Below are positions 1-9,228 of a stretch of 48,799 nucleotides of DNA, piece after piece. The translations under genes and the position numbers were made by a program. The stretch covers positions 1 through 48,799 of the forward strand of contig CAZNUA010000026.1 in the NCBI GenBank assembly GCA_964576115.1, in the 5' to 3' direction. Position 1 is the stretch's first letter; each line of letters begins with the position of its first letter. The notes below the pieces were generated by a model. It was not told where the DNA came from, searched no databases, and saw only the letters and a program-made list of their open reading frames with translations. Source of the DNA: an uncultured Gemmatimonadota bacterium (GTDB lineage Bacteria; Blakebacterota; Blakebacteria; Blakebacterales; Blakebacteraceae).

Positions 1-1
1 C

Positions 2-1168
2 CTAGCGCGGGATCACCATCTTGGCGATCGTATCGAGCTGCATGTTCGTCGTTCCCTCGTAGATCTGCCCGATCTTGGCGTCCCGGTACATCTTCTCCAC
101 GGGGTATTCCTTCGTGAAGCCGTAGCCGCCGAAGAGGTCAACGGCCTGGGAAGAGACGCGTTCGGCCACCTCACCGGCCAGCAGTTTGGCCATGGCCGAC
201 TCTTTGATGAAGGTCTTCCCGGCATCCTTGAGACGGGCCGCGTTGTAGACTATCAGGCGGGCCGCCTCCACATCGGTAGCCATCCGTGCCAGCTGGAACT
301 GCACCCCCTGGAACTGGTTGATGGCTTTCCCGAACTGCTGGCGTTCACCGGTAAAAGAAAGAGTCTGCTCCAGCGCGCCTTCAGCCAGCCCCAGCATCTG
401 CGCGCCGATCCCGATCCGTCCCTCATTCAGTGTCTCGATGGCCACCTTGTACCCCTTGCCCACCTCTCCCAGGACGTTCTCCTTCGGGACGACGCAGTTC
501 TCCAGGATCAGTTCGCAGGTCGAGGAGGCGCGGATACCGAGTTTGTCCTCCGACTTCCCGATGGAGAAACCCTCGAAATCACGCTCGACCAGAAAAGCCG
601 TGATACCCTTGTAGCCGAGAGAGAGATCCACGCTGGCGAAGACGATATAGAAGCCGGCCTCGCCGCCGTTGGTGGTCCAGAGCTTGGTGCCGTTCAGCAG
701 GTAGTGGTCGCTCTTTTCCTCCGCCTTGCAGCGCAGGGCGAAGGCATCCGAGCCCGAGCCCGCCTCGGACAGGGCATACGCGGACAGGGTGTTTTCGGCG
801 AGTTTGGGGAAGTACGTCTTTTTCTGTTCATCGGTCCCCCATTGCAGGAGGGCGTTGTTGACCAGCGTGTTCTGAACGTCAACGATGACACCCACTCCGG
901 CATCCACCCGGGAGATCGCCTGGATACCCAGGATGCTCATGAAAAAGGAGCCTCCCGCCCCGCCGTATTCCTCCGGGATATCAAGGGCCATAAAACCGTT
1001 CTCGAATAGCTTGGTCAGCAGGTCTTTGTTCACATGGTCTTCCCGGTCCATTTCTTCGACCAGGGGCTGGATCTCCGTCTTGGCGAAATCATTGGCCATG
1101 TCGAAGAACATCGCCTCGTCTTCACTCAGGATGGTGAGAGGAAGCGGGCCTGCATTCGATTCATTCAT
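2..1168 (-). CDS. Acyl-CoA dehydrogenase (short/branched-chain type)
   Basis: Motifs ALSEAGSGSD, LNGTKLWTT, GKSEDKLGIRAS, RQQFGK, GGYGF, QIYEGT. Start chosen at MNESN (1168), with GGAGG RBS at 1174-1178; the track ORF extends to 1267. Confidence 0.95.
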   Translation of the reverse strand: MNESNAGPLPLTILSEDEAMFFDMANDFAKTEIQPLVEEMDREDHVNKDLLTKLFENGFMALDIPEEYGGAGGSFFMSILGIQAISRVDAGVGVIVDVQNTLVNNALLQWGTDEQKKTYFPKLAENTLSAYALSEAGSGSDAFALRCKAEEKSDHYLLNGTKLWTTNGGEAGFYIVFASVDLSLGYKGITAFLVERDFEGFSIGKSEDKLGIRASSTCELILENCVVPKENVLGEVGKGYKVAIETLNEGRIGIGAQMLGLAEGALEQTLSFTGERQQFGKAINQFQGVQFQLARMATDVEAARLIVYNAARLKDAGKTFIKESAMAKLLAGEVAERVSSQAVDLFGGYGFTKEYPVEKMYRDAKIGQIYEGTTNMQLDTIAKMVIPR

Positions 1169-1237
1169 GACGTCCTCCATGAGGTCTCTGGCACCAGTCG
1201 GGTCGGCCGGGCACGCCGATCGAGCAATCGCCGATCG

Positions 1238-1314
1238 CGGTCCGCCCGGCACAAGTCGAACCCGCAACCTTCAGATCCGTCGTCAGGTGGGCTGACCAGT
1301 CACGCTGCGGGCGC
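1238..1314 (-). pseudogene. Degenerate tRNA-Arg(ACG)-like element (probable tRNA pseudogene)
   Basis: The 77-nt minus-strand sequence GCGCCCG CA GCGT GACTGGTCA GCCC A CCTGA CG-ACG-GA TCTGA AGGTT GCGGG TTCGACT TGTGC CGGGCGG A CCG aligns by eye without gaps to bacterial tRNA-Arg(ACG). Acceptor stem has 6/7 pairs and the GTTCGA T-loop is present. The D stem is broken, anticodon and T stems are mismatched, U33 is G, and CCA is CCG. Confidence 0.7.
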
Positions 1315-1334
1315 AGTGAAGTCCCACGCCGAAC

Positions 1335-1363
1335 AAGTAATCGGAGGAATTCCTTCCCGTCAA
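1335..1363 (-). promoter_or_regulatory. Putative sigma70 promoter upstream of the tRNA-like element and acyl-CoA dehydrogenase
   Basis: Minus strand TTGACG (1363-1358), 17-nt spacer, TTACTT (1340-1335). The -35 is good, the -10 weak. Confidence 0.4.
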
Positions 1364-1431
1364 CCGGAGGGGGGCAGCGCACCCGTCTTTCCCCGGAGTC
1401 CCGGCGGGGGTGCGCAGAGACCGCCGTGCCT

Positions 1432-2733
1432 TCAATCCCGTCCGCCCGTCAGGAGGGTCCACGGCTGCGGGGTGCGCTCCACGTAGTGCCGCAGGGCCGC
1501 GATGGTTTCCTGCCGGCTCTCGATCCGTTCCGGCGTCCAGTCCGCCAGGTAGCCGTCGAGGTCGAAGGGTTTGCCGGCGGGATTGCCCCAGCGGGCCCAC
1601 ATGTGCATGCCCGCCCGCATGAGTTCGGTTGAGGTGACCTTGCCGTCATACCCCCCGCTGGTGCTGGTGGGTCTGTAACTGGATATGACATCATCTTCCA
1701 GGAAAAGCTTACCCACCTCGACGTCAATCCGTCCTTCGTACTGCTCGATGAGTTCGAGCCACCGCACCGCCCGGCGGCTCGAGGGCGGATCGGGGGCTGG
1801 AACCTCCATTCCCGCTTCTTCCCTGAAATTCGGATACCAGGCATAGTTGGCCGAGGGGTACACACCGTCGAAGGTGCGGTTGATGTCCCAGGCTCGACAG
1901 CCCAGCATCAGCGAGAGGATCTCCCCGGTCTTGATATCCCCGACCAGCCACTCGTTGGGATAGGCCCCGTTGTTGTCGGTGGTCATGACCCGGATGAAGT
2001 CGTCGATGCTGTTGGTGTACTGCACGGCCTGCCGGATACGGATGAAGAGGGGGGTGCCCTCGGGATTGCGGGCCCGATTGCCCTGCGAGGTCTCGGTGAC
2101 GATCAGACCGGCGTCGTTCAGATACCAGTCCTCGCCGCTCCAGATGCAGCCGCCGGCACTCTGGTAGCGGAAACCGTGGCCGGTCTCCGGGTCCACATCG
2201 AACATGACGTAGTACATGAAGTCGCGGGCTTTGCCGGACATAGTGACATGCCCGGCTACGATCTGACCGTCGGTCGTGGCCTCGCCGGCGGCGATGAAGG
2301 CGCTGCAGTGCCCCTCGTAGGTGCCCAGGTCGGCCCAGGCGTTAGCCGCCACCAGATCCCACCGGTCCCAGTCGGTATGGCCCCGGGAGTGCAGACCGGC
2401 CACGATGCCGTCGATCTCCTGCTGGTATTCCTCCGGGATCCGGGTCCAGAGAGCCCGTGCCGTCGCCTCTTCGGCGGGGGATACCCCCTCGGCTCCCAGA
2501 TAGCTGGTGAGCCAGTGATTGGCGCTTTCGGCGGCATGATAGCCGTTCTGGTAGCCGATCTGATAGGGCGTGCCTTCGAGATGAACCAGGAGCCAGCCGT
2601 CCTGTTCGCCGCGCCAGGAGCCTTCGAGAAGATCCTGGTTGTCCGTAGAGGCCGCCGGTCTGGTCGGGGATGCCGCCGCCAGCGACAGGGTCGCCAGCAG
2701 GACCGTGCAGCGAGCGAGAGTTCTCCGGTTCAT
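1432..2733 (-). CDS. Secreted C45-family (Ntn-hydrolase, acyl-CoA:6-APA acyltransferase/phospholipase B-like) autoproteolytic hydrolase
   Basis: Signal peptide (MNRRTLARCTVLLATLSLAAA); HLEGTPYQIGYQNG; EEIDGI-like QEIDGIVAG; GH|CSAFIA with Cys nucleophile; NNGAYPNEWLVGD. AGGAGA RBS upstream of 2733. Confidence 0.8.
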   Translation of the reverse strand: MNRRTLARCTVLLATLSLAAASPTRPAASTDNQDLLEGSWRGEQDGWLLVHLEGTPYQIGYQNGYHAAESANHWLTSYLGAEGVSPAEEATARALWTRIPEEYQQEIDGIVAGLHSRGHTDWDRWDLVAANAWADLGTYEGHCSAFIAAGEATTDGQIVAGHVTMSGKARDFMYYVMFDVDPETGHGFRYQSAGGCIWSGEDWYLNDAGLIVTETSQGNRARNPEGTPLFIRIRQAVQYTNSIDDFIRVMTTDNNGAYPNEWLVGDIKTGEILSLMLGCRAWDINRTFDGVYPSANYAWYPNFREEAGMEVPAPDPPSSRRAVRWLELIEQYEGRIDVEVGKLFLEDDVISSYRPTSTSGGYDGKVTSTELMRAGMHMWARWGNPAGKPFDLDGYLADWTPERIESRQETIAALRHYVERTPQPWTLLTGGRD

Positions 2734-2786
2734 GTGGTCTCCTTTCTTCCACCTCTCCGATTCAGGTCGGAGTGCTCTCACACTCA

Positions 2787-4661
2787 TCACCTGTCCGATT
2801 TGACCACCGGAACCGTGACGCGTGAGGGGTAGCGCGGGGAGCGGTAGATGCGGTGGGTGGCGGCGCGGAAATCCCCGGCTTCGGCCTCGAAGATGTTCGG
2901 CACGAAGGTCTGCGGGTTGCGGTCGATGATCGGGAACCAGGTGCTCTGTACCTGGATCATCACCCGGTGCCCCCGTCGGAAAGTATAGTTCTGCGTGTGC
3001 AGGCTGAAGGTGTACTCGAGCACCTCGTCGGGCCGGATGGGTTCAGGGATCTCGAAGCCGTTCCGGTAGCGGCCGCGGAAGACCTCGTTGGAGACCATCA
3101 GCTGAAAGCCTGCCATTTCCCAGTTTCCGGGCATCTCTTCAGGATAGACATCGATGAGTTTGACGATCCAGTCGGCGTCGCTGCCGGTCGTTGAGGCGAA
3201 CAGGTGCGCCACCACCTCGCCGGCGATGGTCAGGTCCTCCTCGAGCACCTCGCTCTCCCAGCTCAGCAGGTCGGGCCGGTCGTCGACGAAGCGCTGGTCC
3301 TGCACCAGCCAGGTGGACCAGCCCGAGCCCCCCCGGTGGTAGGTCGCCTGGATCGGCCGGTGCCGGTAGGGTACGGGGTGGGCCGGGTCGGAGAGATATT
3401 CGTCGTATGCTTCCGTCGTTCCACTCATCTCCGGCGGCTGCATCGACAGCTCTTCCTCGGCGTGGAAGTACAGTTCGCACTGCTCGGTGTCTTCGGTCGG
3501 CGGCCAGGCGTTCCAGTGCCGCCACTCGTTCGATCCGGACTCGAAGGTCAGGGCTTCAGGCAGATCGAGCGTGCCCCTGTCCTTGAGCCAGTACGCGAAC
3601 CAGGGCGCCTGCACCTGCTCGCGGTAGAACTCACCGGTCACGCTCCCGAACTCGATCGGACCCAGTGACTCCCCCGAACGGTTCCAGCCGCCGTGGTTCC
3701 ACGGGCCGACGACCAGGTAGTTGAGATCCACGGTATCGTACTGCTCGAGTACCTCGTAGATGCGCATCGGGCCGTAGAAGTCCTCCTGATCCCACCAGCC
3801 GGCCACATTGAGAGTCGGCACCGTCACGTTCCGGATGTGCGGGATGAGCGTCTGCCGCTGCCAGAAGGCGTCGTAGTCGGGGTGAGCCACGTAGTCGTTC
3901 CAGGTCGGGATCGAGCCGTGCAGGTAGAGCCGGTTCACGTTCGAAAGCGGGCCGAGCGAGAGATACCAGTCGTAGGTGTCGTAGCGGTCGAAAGTAAACG
4001 GCCGCTGCTCCCGGTCGCTCTCCATCCGCACCGCATACTCGAAGCCGTAACTGAGACGGAAGGCCCCGTTGTGATGGAAATCGTCTCCCAGCCACATGTC
4101 GGCCGGCGAGGCCTGGGGCGAGATCGCCCGCAGAGCCGGGTGCGGTTCGAGCGCTCCCATGATGGTCGTCCAGCCGTCATAGGACACGCCCAGCATGCCG
4201 ACCCGGCCGTTGTGGCCGGGCACGTTCTCGAGCAGCCACTCGATCGTATCCCAGGTGTCGGTGCCTTCGTCCAGCGCTTCGGTGTCGCCGGGTGAGCGCG
4301 CCGGGCGCTGCATCACGAACTCTCCTTCGGAGCCGTACTTGCCGCGGATGTCCTCGAAGACGAAGATGTAGCCCTCCTGCGCCAGAGCCCGCCAGGAACC
4401 GGTGAGGTAGCGCCCGGAGTTCGACACCCCGTAGGGCGTGCGCCGCATGATGATCGGCAGCGGCTCCGACTGGTTCACGGGGGTGAAGATCTTTGCGTGC
4501 AGCCGGATACCGTCGCGCATCGGGATCATCACGTCACGGCCGGTGTAATCCGGCGCCTGATCGGCGGCAGCGAAGGGGGCCGTCAGGACGAGTCCGATCG
4601 CCAGGACGGTCGCCGTCAGTCCGGTGACCGAGTGCCGTCGGGGAAGTCCGCGGATATGCAT
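2787..4661 (-). CDS. CocE/NonD-family hydrolase (alpha-amino acid ester hydrolase / glutaryl-7-ACA acylase-like), secreted
   Basis: VMIPMRDGIRL, RTPY, DIRGKYGSEG, nucleophile GVSYDG, WDQED (Asp), GPWNHG (His), C-terminal IDRNPQTFVPNIF. Signal peptide present; GGAG RBS before MHIRG at 4661. Confidence 0.92.
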   Translation of the reverse strand: MHIRGLPRRHSVTGLTATVLAIGLVLTAPFAAADQAPDYTGRDVMIPMRDGIRLHAKIFTPVNQSEPLPIIMRRTPYGVSNSGRYLTGSWRALAQEGYIFVFEDIRGKYGSEGEFVMQRPARSPGDTEALDEGTDTWDTIEWLLENVPGHNGRVGMLGVSYDGWTTIMGALEPHPALRAISPQASPADMWLGDDFHHNGAFRLSYGFEYAVRMESDREQRPFTFDRYDTYDWYLSLGPLSNVNRLYLHGSIPTWNDYVAHPDYDAFWQRQTLIPHIRNVTVPTLNVAGWWDQEDFYGPMRIYEVLEQYDTVDLNYLVVGPWNHGGWNRSGESLGPIEFGSVTGEFYREQVQAPWFAYWLKDRGTLDLPEALTFESGSNEWRHWNAWPPTEDTEQCELYFHAEEELSMQPPEMSGTTEAYDEYLSDPAHPVPYRHRPIQATYHRGGSGWSTWLVQDQRFVDDRPDLLSWESEVLEEDLTIAGEVVAHLFASTTGSDADWIVKLIDVYPEEMPGNWEMAGFQLMVSNEVFRGRYRNGFEIPEPIRPDEVLEYTFSLHTQNYTFRRGHRVMIQVQSTWFPIIDRNPQTFVPNIFEAEAGDFRAATHRIYRSPRYPSRVTVPVVKSDR

Positions 4662-4916
4662 GGCTGCTCCTTTCCGGTTATCACGAGGGTACAGGTATCC
4701 GGATTTCTCCGTCATCGCGATAATCGGTCCGCCGTACCCCGGGACGGATGCCGGATGAAGAACTTCACATTTCCTGCAGAGACACAACTCGACCATACTG
4801 CATATTGCAACAGCCGGATCGCAAACCGGCGGCACGACGGCGGATAGGGGGGGGCAGAATGGCCGGGAGGCAGTGTAACGTGGACACCACAGGGCTGGCG
4901 TGACGGGCCACCGGGA

Positions 4917-6215
4917 ATGAGTACATCACTGACAACGGAGCGCTTTCTTTCCTTCGATATCATCCGCGGCTTGGCTGTGTTTGCGATCGTGATCATCCAC
5001 CGCGTTCACTACACCTGGACCGGTATGATGGATCGCGAATCGCTTCACCGTGCCATGGAGGCAGGGGGGCTCCAACTCACTATCATTGTTCTGACCATCA
5101 TTTTGTTCATGATGGGCGGGATATTCTACGTCGTCTCCGGATCGGTGAACGTCTACGCCAGCTGCAGGGCCGTCATAGGGAAACGCCAGGCTCCCGGATT
5201 CGTTCTCCGGCGCAACGTCATGACCGGCCTTTTTCTCCTGTTCATGAATATCGTCCATCGCGTTCTCTTCGGGAATGGATTCGCCTTCACCACCGGCGGC
5301 GGCGAGCCCGAATACGTGGCGGGTTTGATCACGGGCTGGCTCAAATACGGGCAGCCGGTTCCTTTCAGCTGGAGTCTGGTGACGGAACCGGGAACCCTTT
5401 CGATCATCGGCATCATCCTGCTGGTGAATACCGGTGTCATGGCCGCAGTCAACCGCCGACGGGGGCTCGAAGACAGCCGTTTTCTGGCCCGGTCGTTCTT
5501 GTTTGTCGGTATCGGGATTCTGCTCATCTATCCTTTCCTCAAACTCGGTTTGACTCCTCTCTACGAGCAGGCCTATGCCGAGGGCAAGTACCTGGCGGCG
5601 TGGATGCTCGGCAATCTCTGCCTGGAGTACAGTATCTCCCCGCATCTGGCGTTCGGAGCCTTCGGAGCGTTTATCGGGACACTCCTTGTCTCGGGGAGCG
5701 ATCGCGAAGACATCAGTTCCCGACTGTGTCAGGTCATCCTGGCCTTGATTGGCGCCGGCGGGATTGTGCTGATTGCTATCGGTTACAACACCTCGTTCGC
5801 AGACAGATGGCTCCGGGCGGGGATCAGCATATTCGGACTGGGAGTATTCCTGTTCATCATGCTTCTGGCTCTCAGGCTCTGGGACTGGCGGACAAGGGAT
5901 GCGTCCCGATCGCTGCGGCCCTCGTGGTTCATCGAACGGATCAGACTCTTCGGCAGATTCAGCCTGAGCGTTTTCGTATTCGAAGGGTTGTTGGCCGAGT
6001 TGATGGCGCTGTTGTTCGGATTGGCCGTCGTACCGGATTGGACGGGCAATCTGGGGGCGGTTCTGGTCTTCACTGTCATGCTCACCGTAGCCTGGGTGCT
6101 GATCCTTTCGTGGTGGAGCCGAATTCAGTTCGACGGTCCTCTGGAATGGGCCCGGCGCGGTTTGAAATACCGGGTGGCTCGATCGATCGGGCGATTCCAC
6201 GAAACGGAGACGTGA
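4917..6215 (+). CDS. Multi-pass membrane protein, DUF1624/HGSNAT-like (membrane-bound acyltransferase superfamily)
   Basis: N-terminal RFLSFDIIRGLAVFAIVIIH, later GRFSLSVFV and GPLEW motifs, roughly 10 hydrophobic segments. Confidence 0.7.
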   Translation: MSTSLTTERFLSFDIIRGLAVFAIVIIHRVHYTWTGMMDRESLHRAMEAGGLQLTIIVLTIILFMMGGIFYVVSGSVNVYASCRAVIGKRQAPGFVLRRNVMTGLFLLFMNIVHRVLFGNGFAFTTGGGEPEYVAGLITGWLKYGQPVPFSWSLVTEPGTLSIIGIILLVNTGVMAAVNRRRGLEDSRFLARSFLFVGIGILLIYPFLKLGLTPLYEQAYAEGKYLAAWMLGNLCLEYSISPHLAFGAFGAFIGTLLVSGSDREDISSRLCQVILALIGAGGIVLIAIGYNTSFADRWLRAGISIFGLGVFLFIMLLALRLWDWRTRDASRSLRPSWFIERIRLFGRFSLSVFVFEGLLAELMALLFGLAVVPDWTGNLGAVLVFTVMLTVAWVLILSWWSRIQFDGPLEWARRGLKYRVARSIGRFHETET

Positions 6216-6313
6216 TGTAGTATCGGAGCGATGAGGACGACCGATCGATGAACAGGGACGAGAGGAAGGCGACCCGAGAAGCCCCGGGTGTCGTCTGACA
6301 GGACATGTGAAGT

Positions 6314-7384
6314 ATGGGCAACGATATCGTCGCTGAGATCTGCAATCCCGATGCTCTGACTGCGGAGGAAAAAAAGCTTCTGACGCCGTGCCTGGAGCGG
6401 CGCGGCCTCAATCCCGCGTTGCTCGATATCGTCACCAACATCCCGCATCGAACGTGCCTGGTGAAAGCCCGCAACACGAGCGGGGATCTGCTCGGGCTGA
6501 CGAGCGTACTCCTGACTCCAACGCTCTTCATGAAGCACTGTTTCGGCCAGGGCAATCATATCGGTACCAATTCGACTTTCCACTTCACCGACACAGCCCG
6601 CAATGAAGAGATCCTGGTTGCGATCTTCCGTGCCCTGACCGCTGTGAGACCTTTCGGGTATTACATCGGTCTCATCGACGGGGATTGTGCGGGGGATTTC
6701 CGTTCCGCCCTGGAGAGGGTGCCCCACATCGTGGCGGAGAAAATCATGGAGACCGGTTCGATCTCAACCCGGGATCCGGCCGCCGAGCGGAACCTCCTCA
6801 AGCGGCACCGGCATCTGATCCGCCAGGTGCACCGGTTCCGCAACAAGGGGGGTATGATTCATGTTCATGAAGGTCCGGTCGGTGAGGAACTGGCTGATGA
6901 TTTCGTCGCCTGCTGCCTGGCGTCCTACCGCCGGAACATTCACCCGGTGAAGGGTATCGATGTTGACCGGTACGGAGAACACGTACGAGAGTTCCTGATG
7001 TCCTTTCCCGACATGGTGACGTTCGCGGCTACCCTGCAGGACCGGGTTGTCGGCGCCCAGACATTTATCCGTCACCGGAATCATCTCGAACTGACCGAAG
7101 GCGGATTCCTGTCCCAGACATATCACGCCTATGAGAACATCATTGTTTCTTCGGTGCGATATGCGGTCGAAAGCGGACTCGACCGGGTCAGCTACGGACT
7201 GATTCTGAATCAACCCAAGGATCGCCTGATGGACTCCGACACCCGGGAGCCGGTCTTTCTGATCATGTTCTTCGACCGTATGCCCGGGGAAGCGGAGCGT
7301 GCCGCCCTTCGTGAGAAGGCGCACGAACGGTTTCCCATGCTGTTCTGGAGGGAGCGAAGCGGTTTCCGGACGCTGCCGCTCTGA
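6314..7384 (+). CDS. Hypothetical protein, possible GNAT/FemAB-like fold
   Basis: 356-aa soluble ORF with no competing better frame. The segments RHLIRQVHRFRNKGG...FAATLQDRVVGAQTF...RYAVESGLDRVSYG resemble Fem-like/Acetyltransf_6 GNATs (weak). Confidence 0.6.
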   Translation: MGNDIVAEICNPDALTAEEKKLLTPCLERRGLNPALLDIVTNIPHRTCLVKARNTSGDLLGLTSVLLTPTLFMKHCFGQGNHIGTNSTFHFTDTARNEEILVAIFRALTAVRPFGYYIGLIDGDCAGDFRSALERVPHIVAEKIMETGSISTRDPAAERNLLKRHRHLIRQVHRFRNKGGMIHVHEGPVGEELADDFVACCLASYRRNIHPVKGIDVDRYGEHVREFLMSFPDMVTFAATLQDRVVGAQTFIRHRNHLELTEGGFLSQTYHAYENIIVSSVRYAVESGLDRVSYGLILNQPKDRLMDSDTREPVFLIMFFDRMPGEAERAALREKAHERFPMLFWRERSGFRTLPL

Positions 7385-7392
7385 TCTTCGCC

Positions 7393-9228
7393 CTATCGAT
7401 CGAGGCGATTTGCCCGGCTGAGGGCGAGGCAGACCATGGCGCCGGTAACCGAGGGTGCCGACCAGTACGGAAAGGCGAGGTCGTAACACCTCTTCACCTC
7501 GTCCGAAGCCGGTTCGGGGTGATCCATCGTCTCGAGAGCGCGGGCGTATTCTGAGGTTGAGGGCACGCCCGACATGGCGAAGATGCCATGCCGTTCCACG
7601 GCCGGCTGCTTCTGTGAACGCCTGATCGGAAGGACCGGCCCGTCGACGTATCGGACCGTATTGGCCGGGTAGCGGAAGGGCAGGGAGGAGACTGACTTCA
7701 CGCTGGCAGAGAAGAAGACGTTGTGATCGAGACGGCGCCGGGACAGAGCGTGTACCTCGAGCCAGCGCAGGGCATTCATCGTGTACCGCAATACCTCGTC
7801 GGGCGTCTGATCGGACCAGGTCATATCGGCACCCCGAGGCATCGCCCAGAGGTTGAAGAGCGTGTTGACTGCTGTGGCCGTGATGAAAGTGCGCTCATCC
7901 CGGCCTGTCCGCGTTCGGCGCCCTGTCGTCCGGCCGGGCTCGGGGTGTCGGATGTCCCACCAGACGTGCTCGTCGGTTGCCCGGGCGGACGCCAGCAGAG
8001 ACTGCGTGATCGTTTCCCGCACCGCGGGCAGGAGGATGCCCCGTACTCTCGCCGGGATTCCCGATCCGGACTCGGCGGCGTGCGGACCGGTGAGCAGCGC
8101 AATGATGCGGGAGACGAGGAAGAACACGAGAGCGGGGAAGGGATAGTAAAGAAGGATGAGATCCGGTCGGGTCAGCACGACCCCCGATTCTATGCTCCAG
8201 GCCAGATACTCGGCCGTGTCCACGAGCAGGGCTTCAAAGCCTGCCACCTCGTGAGGGAACTCACCTTCAAGGGCGGAACCCACGCAAGCGTGAATGAAAT
8301 TGGCCTGAACTCCACAATCCAGATTGTTGACGTTGAAGGGCATCTTGTAGTACCGCGGCAGACCTTTGAGGCTCTCTTCGAGGGTTGAGGCCCACGTGGT
8401 CAGAAGGGCATAGTCCGCGGTCCCCCGGCCCCGGTCGGCGATATCCCAGAGGAACGTACGGCTGACGTAGAAGGATCGGGGATCGATCGCGTTGATAGCG
8501 GGATCGGAAGAGAAGGGGCGGTAGGCGCAGGCGACCGCGTGCCGGGCGAGCTTGCGAAAATCGAAATCCCGCGCCGACCAGGTCGACCACGCGTCGGGGC
8601 AGCTCTCCCGGCACCGTTTCAAACGCAAACCGAGAATCCAGTTGAGGGCGGAGTCGTCGAAATCAGCCGGCAGACTGATCATGCCGGAACTGCGTGCCGG
8701 TTCATGACTATGGGTTTCGGTTTGGGGGGCGGGGCGGCCGGGGAGGATGGCCGTGAAAGCGCTCCGGATCGGGCGGCGTACCCGGTGGGTCAACATGAAC
8801 AAACGGAAGAAGGGGAGCAGGTTGGAGGGGAAAGCCGCCTGGATTCCGTTCAGTTCCTGTTGCTTCCAGAACATGAAGAGGGGGTCATCCCGTTCCCGGG
8901 TCGCATCGTGAAATTCCAGACAGGCCCGCACGGCGCTCTCGAGGTCGATCGGATGAAGAGACGAGGGATCATGCGCGAAAGCCTCCAGGAGGAGGTCCAG
9001 CGTCCACATCGTTGCGAAGGCGTTGTTCTCGGGCACGCGGACGGCGAGGGAGCGGTTCGCGAACCGGCGGAAGGGACCGATGCGGTAGGTGGGATAGGAT
9101 GCGAAGAGACCTTTGATCCTTTCGTAGCAGCCGACCAGGCGGTACGGTCTCGATGTCCGGTACTGGTATCGGGAAATGCGTTTCGCGAGTTGCGGGAGCA
9201 CCTGATTTCCCCGGATGTGATTACTCAT
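7393..9228 (-). CDS. Hypothetical protein with a DxDD motif, possible terpene cyclase/prenyltransferase-like alpha-toroid
   Basis: 611-aa ORF whose start overlaps the upstream GNAT stop. Contains LPADFDDSAL (DxDD[S/T]A), NNLDCGVQANF, LLYYP and a C-terminal WSAPSVTGAMVCLAL helix. Confidence 0.7.
   Translation of the reverse strand: MSNHIRGNQVLPQLAKRISRYQYRTSRPYRLVGCYERIKGLFASYPTYRIGPFRRFANRSLAVRVPENNAFATMWTLDLLLEAFAHDPSSLHPIDLESAVRACLEFHDATRERDDPLFMFWKQQELNGIQAAFPSNLLPFFRLFMLTHRVRRPIRSAFTAILPGRPAPQTETHSHEPARSSGMISLPADFDDSALNWILGLRLKRCRESCPDAWSTWSARDFDFRKLARHAVACAYRPFSSDPAINAIDPRSFYVSRTFLWDIADRGRGTADYALLTTWASTLEESLKGLPRYYKMPFNVNNLDCGVQANFIHACVGSALEGEFPHEVAGFEALLVDTAEYLAWSIESGVVLTRPDLILLYYPFPALVFFLVSRIIALLTGPHAAESGSGIPARVRGILLPAVRETITQSLLASARATDEHVWWDIRHPEPGRTTGRRTRTGRDERTFITATAVNTLFNLWAMPRGADMTWSDQTPDEVLRYTMNALRWLEVHALSRRRLDHNVFFSASVKSVSSLPFRYPANTVRYVDGPVLPIRRSQKQPAVERHGIFAMSGVPSTSEYARALETMDHPEPASDEVKRCYDLAFPYWSAPSVTGAMVCLALSRANRLDR

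Noticed and set aside
1238-1314. Functional tRNA-Arg or prophage/ICE attachment site
   Set aside because: Too many broken stems and no CCA for a functional tRNA; no integrase or second att copy seen in the window.
1377-1415. GC hairpin (GCGCACCC/GGGTGCGC) after the C45 gene as a terminator
   Set aside because: No U-tract on the minus strand; may be chance in GC-rich DNA.
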